DNA of 64,000 bases from NCBI GenBank assembly GCA_963822445.1, contig CAWGHO010000002.1:384001-448000 (forward strand). Reading direction: 5' to 3'. The DNA comes from an uncultured Acidobacteriota bacterium. GTDB lineage: Bacteria > Acidobacteriota > Thermoanaerobaculia > Gp7-AA8. The translations under genes and the position numbers were made by a program. Positions 1-8,834 of the stretch are shown here, one piece after another (the first letter of the stretch is position 1; every line of letters starts with the position of its first letter). The notes below the pieces were generated by a model. That model had not been told where the DNA came from. It ran no database searches and was given only the letters and a program-made list of their open reading frames with translations.

Positions 1-437
1 AAGTTGTTGAAGGCCTGCCCCTTCTCCAGATCGTCCTCGGTGAACAGACCGGCGTAGCGGCCGCTGACGTAGCAGGTGCTCACGTAATGCACGCGCTCGA
101 GCTTCGGCGCACGCTCCGCGAGATCGAGCACGCGCGACGTGCCCGTGACGTTGACTCGCATGCCCACTTCGCGCGAAACGGCGAGTTCGTAAACCGCGGC
201 GAGGTGCCAGATCTCGCGAATGTCGCCCGCATCGATGTGATCGAGCGCCGCGGTCAGATCCCCTTCCACGAGGCGAATGCGGTCGCCGAGGCCGAGCTGG
301 CGCACCCGCTCCTCCGCCAGCTCACGAAACTTCGGCTGCACCAGGCACAACGCGTAGTCATCCGACCGCGCGATGAGCCGCGGCAGGAGCTCGGAACCGA
401 GAAAGCCGGGGAAACCGGTGAGGAAGATGGCGGGCAT
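1..437 (-). CDS. SDR family oxidoreductase (NAD-dependent epimerase/thioester-reductase-like), 3' part runs off the window
   Basis: Read manually on the minus strand: MPAIFLTGFPGFLGSELLPRL... (TGxxGxxG Rossmann motif), HLAAVY, VNVTGT, YVSTCYVSG. Absent from the ORF track because it is truncated. Confidence 0.85.
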   Translation of the reverse strand, partial: MPAIFLTGFPGFLGSELLPRLIARSDDYALCLVQPKFRELAEERVRQLGLGDRIRLVEGDLTAALDHIDAGDIREIWHLAAVYELAVSREVGMRVNVTGTSRVLDLAERAPKLERVHYVSTCYVSGRYAGLFTEDDLEKGQAFNN

Positions 438-452
438 GCGCCATTCTAGTTT

Positions 453-519
453 CGAGGTTACGAGGTCTCGGGGTTACGGGGTCGAATCTCCCTCGTAACC
501 CCGAAACCCCGTAACCTCG
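453..519. repeat. Imperfect 29-bp inverted repeat built from 8-mer units (REP-like hairpin)
   Basis: CGAGGTTACGAGGTCTCGGGGTTACGGGG (453-481) pairs with CCTCGTAACCCCGAAACCCCGTAACCTCG (491-519), between two divergent genes. Confidence 0.75.
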
Positions 520-536
520 CAACCGTAACCACCTCC

Positions 537-1670
537 ATGACCGCCGCCACCCTCACGCCCGCTCCGCGCACTTACGGGTGGCGTACGTGGCAGGACGCCG
601 CGCGCGAGGCGGCGATCGCCATCGCCCTGGCCCTGCTCTTCTCCGCGCTCCACAGCGGCGGACTGACCCGCGAGGCCTTCACCCAAAACGCGCTGCTCGC
701 GCTGGCGATCGTCCTCGATGCGCGCGGCCTCGAGACCGCCCTGAGCTGGGCCATCGAGCAGAGCCGCATGCCCGCGCTCTTCCGCATCGTCCTCTACATC
801 CTCGGCGCGGGCATCGCCACGCTCGTCGTCTCCGGTGTCGGCTACGACGTCTTCGACACGGTTCTCATCGCCGTCCTCAGCGCGGTCACCATCGGCTTCA
901 TCCTTCATCACAACCGCAAGCGCTACGACCGCGTCCGCGCCAGCATCGAACGGCTCAAGGAGCACGAGTTCGCCGAGAAAGAGCTGGAGATCGCGCGCGA
1001 GATGCAGCAGCGCCTCCTGCCGCCGGAGCTCGTCGAGCGCGATGGCCTTCGCGTCACCGCGCGCACGCACGCGGCGCACATCGTCGGCGGCGATTTCTAC
1101 GACGTCCTGCGCCTCACCGATCGCGAAAGCGCCGTCATCGCCGCGGACGTCTCCGGCAAAGGCATCGCCGCCAGTCTGATTATGGCCTCCTGCAAAGCCA
1201 TGATTCCCTTCCTGGCCGCGAGCGGCACCGCCGCGGACGTCATGCGTTCGCTGAACCTGCGGCTCTGCGAGCAACTGCAGCGGCGGGAGTTCGTGGCCAT
1301 GGTGTTCGTGCGCATCGACCATGAATCGGGCCGCGCGGAGATCGTGAACGCCGGCATGCCCGAGCCGCTCCGGATCCGCGACGGCCGCGCCGAGCCCGTG
1401 CAATTCACCGGCGACCGCCTCCCCCTCGGCGCCATGCGCGGCGCGCGCTACGAGATCACGACGATCACCCTCGACCGGTCCGAGCGGCTCCTGCTCTTCT
1501 CGGATGGATTGCCCGAGGCGAGCGTCGACGGATCGCCGATCGGGTATGAGCGGGTCGAAGAGCTCGCCGCGAACACGGCGGGTGTGGACGTACTGCTCGC
1601 GCGGGTGCGGGCAATCGCCGGCATTCAGATCGATGACGATCTGACCGTGGTGAACCTGGAGCGCGTGTAA
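537..1670 (+). CDS. Membrane-anchored PP2C-family (SpoIIE/RsbU-like) Ser/Thr phosphatase
   Basis: N-terminal TM helices; motifs ELEIAREMQ, VGGDFYD, ADVSGKG, NAGMP, FSDGL, DDLT. Confidence 0.92.
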   Translation: MTAATLTPAPRTYGWRTWQDAAREAAIAIALALLFSALHSGGLTREAFTQNALLALAIVLDARGLETALSWAIEQSRMPALFRIVLYILGAGIATLVVSGVGYDVFDTVLIAVLSAVTIGFILHHNRKRYDRVRASIERLKEHEFAEKELEIAREMQQRLLPPELVERDGLRVTARTHAAHIVGGDFYDVLRLTDRESAVIAADVSGKGIAASLIMASCKAMIPFLAASGTAADVMRSLNLRLCEQLQRREFVAMVFVRIDHESGRAEIVNAGMPEPLRIRDGRAEPVQFTGDRLPLGAMRGARYEITTITLDRSERLLLFSDGLPEASVDGSPIGYERVEELAANTAGVDVLLARVRAIAGIQIDDDLTVVNLERV

Positions 1671-2489
1671 TTACGGCGTCGGGAACCCCACCTGCGACCA
1701 CGCATCTCCGGTGATGTTGTCGATCGACGACGCCCAGGTCTGCCAGTCCGACTCGTTCGCGGTGTCGGTGAGGTTCACGACGGTGACCTGAAACGAGCCC
1801 TCGCTGCTGGTCGCGTTCATCACCCGCTGCTCCATCGACCGGCCGGGCAGCTCGATGTCCAGCACTTCGTTCTGGCCGCCGGGAACGTTGGGAGTGACGG
1901 TGATGCGGAAGCGCTGGCGCTCGCGGGCCGCGTTCACGATGCCGACGTTCATGCGGTACTGCGCGTCGCGGCGCACGCCGAACATCCACTTTGTCTGCGA
2001 TCGCGAGGCCGCGGAGATGGCCAGGGCCGGGAAGCTCTGGGACATCGTTCCGTTCGGCACGTTCGGCTCGGGCGTCCAGATGCGGGCCACGGCGTGAAGC
2101 TGCGCCGTCGGGTCCTCGTTGCCACCCGAATCGAGGGCGATGATCTCAACCGATCCCAGGCCTTCCTGATCGAGGACGGAGTTGACGAAGTCGCTGGAAA
2201 AGAGGCCGCTGCGGGCCTGGATGGTGATCGTTTTGGGGCCGATGCTCGTTCCCACCCTCCCCTGCGGAAGCCAGTACACGGCGACGACCTGATCGACGTT
2301 CTTGAGGTTGATGAGGTGGACGTCGGTGCGGAAATGGGTCCCGTTGGCGCCCTGAACGTCGCCCGCCGCGGGAATGATGATGTGCGAGGCAAACGCGCGA
2401 GGGGTGAAAAGGTCTTCGCTGCGGGGCTCCTGGGCGAGGGCGGAAACGGCGGCAAGAGAGAGGACGGCAAACAGCAGTCGGATTCGCAT
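1671..2489 (-). CDS. Secreted hypothetical protein (lineage-expanded family)
   Basis: Signal peptide MRIRLLFAVLSLAAVSALA; motifs IIIPAAGDVQGANGTHFRTDV and SSIDNITGDAW shared with the paralog at 18887-19699. Confidence 0.8.
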   Translation of the reverse strand: MRIRLLFAVLSLAAVSALAQEPRSEDLFTPRAFASHIIIPAAGDVQGANGTHFRTDVHLINLKNVDQVVAVYWLPQGRVGTSIGPKTITIQARSGLFSSDFVNSVLDQEGLGSVEIIALDSGGNEDPTAQLHAVARIWTPEPNVPNGTMSQSFPALAISAASRSQTKWMFGVRRDAQYRMNVGIVNAARERQRFRITVTPNVPGGQNEVLDIELPGRSMEQRVMNATSSEGSFQVTVVNLTDTANESDWQTWASSIDNITGDAWSQVGFPTP

Positions 2490-2648
2490 GGCGACCGGAG
2501 AGACAAGCAACGGCCGGGCCGCGCGGCATCTGAACCCTACAGGACGGGTCGGATACCCTACAAGTGACAGACCCGTGACGGGTTAGAGGGGCAGCAAACT
2601 TGCAGCCGGACGCCGTTCAGTGTTCATCTAGAGACGAGGTAACCATCG

Positions 2649-5600
2649 ATGCGAATCGTCGTCCGGCTCGTAGTCGTCCTTCTTTTCATACTCGCGTTCC
2701 TGTCACCCGCGGCCGAGGCTCAGTACTTCGGGCGCAACAAGGTGCAATGGGAGCAATTCGATTTCAAAGTGCTCCAGACCGAGCACTTCGACATCTACTA
2801 CTACGAGCAGGAGGCCGACGTCGTACACGATATCGGGCGCATGTCCGAGCGCTGGTACGCGCGCCTCTCCCGCGTCTTCAACCACTCCTTCAAGCGCAAG
2901 CCGATCGTGCTGTACGCGAACGCCGCGGACTTCCATCAGACCACCACCACCGGCGGCATGATCGGCGAGGGCACGGGCGGTTTCACCGACGCGTTCATGA
3001 ACCGCGTCGTCCTGCCGCTCACCGGCGACTACGCGCAGAACGATCACGTCCTCGGACACGAGATCGTGCACGTCTTCCAGTACGACATCGCCGCGACCGC
3101 GAATGCGAACCGCCGCCGTTTCGCGCTCGAAGCCATGCCGCTGTGGATCGTCGAAGGAATGGCGGAGTACCTGTCGAAAGGACGCGTCGATCCGCTGACT
3201 TCGATGTGGATCCGCGACGCGACGATTCAGGACCGCATGCCGGACCTCCGCGAGCTCACCCGCGACCCGCGCTACTTCCCCTATCGCTACGGCCAGGCGC
3301 TGATGGCCTACATCGGCGCGCGCTTCGGCGATGAGGCCGTGGTCCGCTACTTCATGGCCGCGGGCACTGTCGGAATCGAAGACGGCGTCGAGCGGGCCCT
3401 GGGCATCTCGCACAAGCAGCTCTTCGCCGACTGGGCGGAATCCGCCCGCGAGCTGTACACGCCGATTGTTCAGGAACGGAAGACAGACACGTCGACTCTG
3501 CTCATCGGCCGCGCGCCCGAGCCTCCACCGGTGCGCGTCGAGGGAGAAAAGAAGAAACGGCGCCGCCGCGGTTCGTCGGAGCTGAACGTCGGCCCCGCGC
3601 TCAGTCCCGACGGCCGCTACATCGCCTTCCTGTCCGCGCGCGAGCTGTTCTCCATCGATCTCTTCCTCGCTGATGCGAAGACCGGCAAAGTCATCCGCCG
3701 GCTCGTCTCCTCGGCTCGCGATCCTCACTTCGAATCGTTGCGATTCATCGAAGCGGCCGGATCGTGGTCGCCCGACAACCGGAAGCTGGCCTTCATCACC
3801 TTCGCCCGCGGCGACAACTTCCTGTCGATCGTCGACGTCGAGACGCGCGACACGGAGCACATCAGCGTCCCCGGCCTCGAAGCGATCCTCAACGTCGCCT
3901 GGTCGCCGGACGGATCGACGATCGCCCTCGCCGCGCAGACGACCGGCGTCAGCGACCTGTTTCTGTACAACCTTCAGTCGAAGGAATTGCGCCGCCTGAC
4001 CGCGGACAAATTCGCCGACCTGCAGCCGGCCTGGTCGCCCGACGGACGCACCATCGCCTTCGTCAGCGATCGCGGCGCGGACACGGTCCTCGAGCAGCTT
4101 CAGTTCACCGATCACCGACTGGCCACGATCGACGTGGCCAGCGGCCAGGTCACCGAGCTGGTTGCGTTCGGGAAGACCAAGCACCTCAATCCGCAGTGGG
4201 CGCCGGACGGGCGATCGATCTACTTCCTCGCCAATCCCGAAGGCATTCCGGATCTGTATCGGATCAGCGTTCCGCAAGGACAGCTGTCGCGCGTGACCAG
4301 CATCGATACCGGCATCGCCGGCATCACCGACATGTCACCTGCACTGAGCGTTGCGTCCCGCACAGGTGACATCGCCTTCTCGGTGTTCGAAGACGACAAC
4401 TACAACATCTACTCGCTGCCGGCCAACTCGGGCGGCACGCAGATCGTGGCCGGAGCGCCGCCCGCGGAAGGCGCCGCCCCCCGCGCCGCGCTCCTCCCGC
4501 CGCTGCGCGGAACGGGCTCGGAGATCACCGGCTATCTGATGCGTCCCGAAGAAGGGCTGCCGTCGGCGTCGACCGAGTTCCGCCTCAAGCCCTACTCCTC
4601 CGCGCTGCATCTCGCCTACCTCGGACCTCCGACCCTCGGCGTCGGCGTGAATGAATTCGGCTTCGGCGCGGGCGGCAGCGTCAGTGCCTTCTTCAGCGAC
4701 ATCCTCGGGCAGCACAACGTCGGCTTCACCTTCCAGGGTGGCGGCGGTAGCGGCACCGGCGCGTCGAGCCTCGTCGACCAGCTGGGCGGCGAGCTCTTCT
4801 ACCTCAATCAGAAGCACCGTCTGAACTGGGGCGCGGACGTACTCCACATTCCGTACACCTACAGCCAGGTGGCGTACGGCGTCGGGGAGACCAGCACGGG
4901 TCAGCTTGCCGACGTCTACCAGATCTTCCGCGAAGTTCAGACGGTCAGTGATGGCAGTCTGCTCGCGCAATATCCGTTCAGCACTACCCGCCGCATCGAA
5001 GGTGCGGCGGGCATGCAGCGCTTCGCGTACAAGACCGAGCTCGAGACCTGGTACATCATCGGGAACCAGATCGTCGAGCGCACCAAAGAGCGTCTCCCGG
5101 GCGACTTCCAGGTGAATCTGGCCAAGGCCTCCACGGCGTTCGTTGGCGACAGCTCGGTTTACGGCTTCATCTCGCCGATCAACGGCACGCGTTACCGGTA
5201 CGAGGTCGAGACGCTCAGCGGCGATCTGAAGTTCACGACCGCGCTCGCCGACTGGCGCAGGTACTTCTTCATGCGTCCGGCGACGCTGGCCATCCGCGGA
5301 TTGCACTACGGCCGCTACGGCTCGGGCTCCACCGACTCGCGGCTGTCATCGCTCTACCTCGGCCAGGGCTCGCTCGTTCGCGGCTATGACCCCTACTCCA
5401 TCGACCCCGTCGAATGCGGCACGACCACCGCGGATTGCCCGGTCTTCGATCGCCTCATCGGAACGCGCATCGGCGTAGCCAGCGCGGAACTGCGCGCGCC
5501 GCTTCTCGGCACACGCGAGTTCGGACTGATCAACGCGGCTTTCCTGCCGACGGAGATCTTCGGATTCTTCGATGCCGGCGCGGCCTGGACGGCCGGCGAC

Positions 5601-5774
5601 ACGCCGAAGCTGAAGTGGGCAACGCGGACCGACGAGCGCGTCCCCGTCTTCAGCGTCGGCCTCGGCCTGCGCATCCTCCTCAGCTACATTCCGATCGAGG
5701 TCTACGCCGCCAAGCCGTTCCAGCGGCCGGACGAACAGATCGTCTACGGCTTCAACATCATCCCGGGATGGTAG
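2649..5774 (+). CDS. Outer-membrane protein: gluzincin/peptidase MA-like domain + PD40/TolB-like propeller + BamA/TamA-type barrel
   Basis: Signal peptide; HEIVH...EGMAEY zincin motif; repeated WSPDG/LSPDG (PD40); C-terminal VRGY and ELRAP...FFDAG barrel motifs; ends in W. Confidence 0.85.
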   Translation: MRIVVRLVVVLLFILAFLSPAAEAQYFGRNKVQWEQFDFKVLQTEHFDIYYYEQEADVVHDIGRMSERWYARLSRVFNHSFKRKPIVLYANAADFHQTTTTGGMIGEGTGGFTDAFMNRVVLPLTGDYAQNDHVLGHEIVHVFQYDIAATANANRRRFALEAMPLWIVEGMAEYLSKGRVDPLTSMWIRDATIQDRMPDLRELTRDPRYFPYRYGQALMAYIGARFGDEAVVRYFMAAGTVGIEDGVERALGISHKQLFADWAESARELYTPIVQERKTDTSTLLIGRAPEPPPVRVEGEKKKRRRRGSSELNVGPALSPDGRYIAFLSARELFSIDLFLADAKTGKVIRRLVSSARDPHFESLRFIEAAGSWSPDNRKLAFITFARGDNFLSIVDVETRDTEHISVPGLEAILNVAWSPDGSTIALAAQTTGVSDLFLYNLQSKELRRLTADKFADLQPAWSPDGRTIAFVSDRGADTVLEQLQFTDHRLATIDVASGQVTELVAFGKTKHLNPQWAPDGRSIYFLANPEGIPDLYRISVPQGQLSRVTSIDTGIAGITDMSPALSVASRTGDIAFSVFEDDNYNIYSLPANSGGTQIVAGAPPAEGAAPRAALLPPLRGTGSEITGYLMRPEEGLPSASTEFRLKPYSSALHLAYLGPPTLGVGVNEFGFGAGGSVSAFFSDILGQHNVGFTFQGGGGSGTGASSLVDQLGGELFYLNQKHRLNWGADVLHIPYTYSQVAYGVGETSTGQLADVYQIFREVQTVSDGSLLAQYPFSTTRRIEGAAGMQRFAYKTELETWYIIGNQIVERTKERLPGDFQVNLAKASTAFVGDSSVYGFISPINGTRYRYEVETLSGDLKFTTALADWRRYFFMRPATLAIRGLHYGRYGSGSTDSRLSSLYLGQGSLVRGYDPYSIDPVECGTTTADCPVFDRLIGTRIGVASAELRAPLLGTREFGLINAAFLPTEIFGFFDAGAAWTAGDTPKLKWATRTDERVPVFSVGLGLRILLSYIPIEVYAAKPFQRPDEQIVYGFNIIPGW

Positions 5775-5781
5775 TCACCTC

Positions 5782-6708
5782 ATGATCTCCCTCGGGGCGG
5801 CCGCGATTCTCGCGGCCGCCCTCATGAGCCGCGAGGTCGCCGTCACTTTCGACGACCTCCCCGCCGTGCCGCTGTCGATCCCTCTCGAACGGCAGCAGAC
5901 CCTGACCCGCGATCTTCTCCGTTCGATCAAAGCCGCCGGTGTTCCCGCGATCGGCTTCGTGAACGAGAACAAGCTCGAGACCGACGGCAAAGTCGATCCG
6001 CAGAAGGTGAAGTTGCTCGAGCAGTGGCTGGACGCGGGCTTGGAACTGGGGAATCACAGCTACTCGCATCCCGATCTGCACCGCATCGACGTCGCGACGT
6101 ACGAGAAAAACATCGTCAAAGGCGAGCGGATCATCCGTCCGCTGCTGAAGAAGCGAGGCCGCGAGCTTCGCTGGTTCCGCCATCCATTTCTGCACACCGG
6201 CACCTCGCTGGTGACGCGGACGCGCGTGGAAGAGCTGTTGCGCAAGCGCGGCGTTCGCGTTGCGCCGGTGACGCTCGACAATTCGGAATGGATCTTCGCG
6301 CGGGCGTACGAGAACGCCATCGAAGCCGGCGATACGGATCTGATGAAGCGCCTCGGAATCGAATACGTCGCCTACATGGATCGCAAGCTCGCCTACTTTG
6401 AAGATCAGTCGCAACAGCTCTTCGGCCGCAACATCCGCCACACCCTCCTGGTTCACGCGAACGCGCTCAATGCCGACTGGTTCGACGAGGTCGCGGCCTC
6501 GATGAAGAAACGGGGCTATTCGTTCATCCCGATCGAGCGCGCCATGCAGGATCCGGCGTACTCAAGTCCCGATGCGTACACCGGTCCCATGGGCCTGACC
6601 TGGATTCATCGTTGGGCGATCACCGCGAAGAAACCGCGCACGTACTTTGGCGATGAGCCGCGAACGGCGCAATGGGTGCTCGACGCAGCGGGGATGGACT
6701 CGGAGTAG
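5782..6708 (+). CDS. Polysaccharide deacetylase family protein
   Basis: NodB-type motifs TFDDLP, GNHSYSHPD, FRHPFL, LLVH. Confidence 0.9.
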   Translation: MISLGAAAILAAALMSREVAVTFDDLPAVPLSIPLERQQTLTRDLLRSIKAAGVPAIGFVNENKLETDGKVDPQKVKLLEQWLDAGLELGNHSYSHPDLHRIDVATYEKNIVKGERIIRPLLKKRGRELRWFRHPFLHTGTSLVTRTRVEELLRKRGVRVAPVTLDNSEWIFARAYENAIEAGDTDLMKRLGIEYVAYMDRKLAYFEDQSQQLFGRNIRHTLLVHANALNADWFDEVAASMKKRGYSFIPIERAMQDPAYSSPDAYTGPMGLTWIHRWAITAKKPRTYFGDEPRTAQWVLDAAGMDSE

Positions 6709-6719
6709 AGTCCCGGTCG

Positions 6720-7079
6720 ATGTTCGTCCCTCCCCGCGAATTCGAGCGTCTCGTCGAGGAAGCTCTCGCCAGCCTGCCCGAGGAGTTCTCCCGTCTGCTG
6801 GAGAACATTGCCGTGGTGGTGGAAGAGGAACCGTCCGAGGAAGATCTCGAGCTCGTGGAAGCCGATGACGCGGAGCTTCTGGGGATTTATCGCGGTATCG
6901 CCATGACCCGGCGCACGCACAACATGCTGCCGGCCCTGCCCGATCAGATCGCGATTTTCCGCGGGCCGATCAATCGCGTTTCGCGCACGCGGTACCAGGC
7001 CATCCGGCAGATTCGCGAGACGGTGATCCACGAGCTCGGCCACTATTTCGGCCTGCACGACGCCGACATGGTTTTCTGA
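6720..7079 (+). CDS. Zincin-like metallopeptidase family protein (DUF1025-like)
   Basis: LLGIYRG...LPDQIAIFRGPI...TVIHELGHYFG; ATG at 6720 preferred over the longer ORF. Confidence 0.88.
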   Translation: MFVPPREFERLVEEALASLPEEFSRLLENIAVVVEEEPSEEDLELVEADDAELLGIYRGIAMTRRTHNMLPALPDQIAIFRGPINRVSRTRYQAIRQIRETVIHELGHYFGLHDADMVF

Positions 7080-7121
7080 TTCGTGCCTTTCGTTTCTAAG
7101 TGAAGCGAAAGGAACACGAAG

Positions 7122-8711
7122 ATGAAACGCATCATCGTCATTGCGACCCTGCTGGTCGTTGCGGCCTGCAGCAAGAACGAGCTCAATCAAAACGCGCCAC
7201 CGGTACAGCACAAGGAGCAGGCGGCGGTCACGGACACCGCTGCGACCGGCGTCGAGCAAGGTGTCGTCGGGGGTGTCGTTGGCGGCGTCGTGGGCGGCGT
7301 CGTCGGCGGATATCCAGCGACATTTGTCTCCGAGGTGCAGGTCGCGCCGCAGTACAAGCGCATCGAAGAACATGCCGTCGTTCGCGCCGACAACCAGCCC
7401 GTCACCACCTTTTCGATCGACGTCGATCGCGCGTCGTACGCAAACGTCCGCCGCTTCCTGACCGCCGGCACGATGCCCCCTGCGGACGCGGTCCGCATCG
7501 AAGAGATGCTGAACTACTTCACTTACCGCTATCCCCAGCCCAACGGCGACGTGCCGTTTTCCATTACGACGGAAGTTGCCGGCACGCCCTGGAACACGAG
7601 CACGCGCCTGCTGCGCATCGGCATTCAGGGCCGCAATCTCGACGAATGGAAGACCGCGCCGAACAACCTGGTGTTCCTGATCGACACCTCCGGCTCGATG
7701 CAGCCGCACAATCGTCTGCCGCTGATCAAGTCCGCGTTCCGGGTGCTGGTGGACCGACTTCGGGCCGAGGATCGCGTGGCCATGGTTACTTACGCGGGAT
7801 CGGCGGGACTGGTACTGCCGCCGACGTCAGGCGCGGACAAGCACACGATCCTCGAGGCCCTCGACCGGCTCGCCGCCGGTGGATCGACAGCGGGCGGCGC
7901 CGGGATCGAGCTCGCGTACGAAGTCGCGCAGCAGCAGTTCCTCGAGGACGGCAACAACCGGGTCATTCTCGCGACCGACGGCGACTTCAATGTCGGCGTG
8001 AGCAGCCTCGGCGAGCTGGAAGAGCTCATCGAGCGCAAACGCAAGTCGGGCATCTTCCTGTCCGTCGTCGGCGTGGGCGACGACAACTATCAGGACGCGA
8101 AAATGGAGCTGCTCGCCGACAAGGGCAACGGCAATTACGCGTATCTCGACACGCAGAAAGAAGCGGAGAAGGTCTTCAAGCACGAGCTCACTGGAACGCT
8201 GGTGGCCATCGCCAAGGACGTGAAGGTGCAGCTCGAGTTCGATTCGTCGAAGGTCGAGTCCTACCGCCAGATCGGCTACGAGAACCGCGCGCTGGCCAAT
8301 GAAGACTTCGACGACGACACCAAAGACGCCGGCGAGTTGGGCGCGGGTCATTCAGTGACGGCCCTTTACGAAATCGTGATGAAGCCGCAAACGAAAGGTG
8401 CCATTGCCACGGTGAAGCTTCGCTACAAAGAGCCCAACGGCGACGTGAGCCGCCTGATTACGGCTAGCGCCGTCGACGAGGGCCGCGAAGCGTTCAATGC
8501 CTCTCCGGACACGCAATTCGCGGCGGCCATTGCCGAATTCGGAATGCTTCTGCGCAATTCGCCGCACAAGGGAACGTCCACTTACGCCGACGTGCTGAAG
8601 CTCGCGCGCATCGCCCGCGGCGAGGACCTCGACGGCCTGCGCGAGGAGTTCATCCGCCTGACCGAATCCGCCAAAGCCCTCGGCGGAAATCACGTCGCGT
8701 TGAACGACTGA
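7122..8711 (+). CDS. vWA domain lipoprotein (YfbK/DUF3520 type)
   Basis: Lipobox VAAC; TTFSIDVDRASY, DTSGSM MIDAS, ILATDGDFNVG, GELGAGHSVTALYE; GVVG repeat near the N-terminus. Confidence 0.92.
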   Translation: MKRIIVIATLLVVAACSKNELNQNAPPVQHKEQAAVTDTAATGVEQGVVGGVVGGVVGGVVGGYPATFVSEVQVAPQYKRIEEHAVVRADNQPVTTFSIDVDRASYANVRRFLTAGTMPPADAVRIEEMLNYFTYRYPQPNGDVPFSITTEVAGTPWNTSTRLLRIGIQGRNLDEWKTAPNNLVFLIDTSGSMQPHNRLPLIKSAFRVLVDRLRAEDRVAMVTYAGSAGLVLPPTSGADKHTILEALDRLAAGGSTAGGAGIELAYEVAQQQFLEDGNNRVILATDGDFNVGVSSLGELEELIERKRKSGIFLSVVGVGDDNYQDAKMELLADKGNGNYAYLDTQKEAEKVFKHELTGTLVAIAKDVKVQLEFDSSKVESYRQIGYENRALANEDFDDDTKDAGELGAGHSVTALYEIVMKPQTKGAIATVKLRYKEPNGDVSRLITASAVDEGREAFNASPDTQFAAAIAEFGMLLRNSPHKGTSTYADVLKLARIARGEDLDGLREEFIRLTESAKALGGNHVALND

Positions 8712-8834
8712 TTCAACTTTATCGATGTAGCGCCTTCGTGAACTTGCTCACGTCGCTGAGCGCGCGCGACTTACGGGTCGCGCGCGCCGGGCAGCGGCGG
8801 TGCACACGTTGGCGCGGCGAAGGGAGGCTTCACA

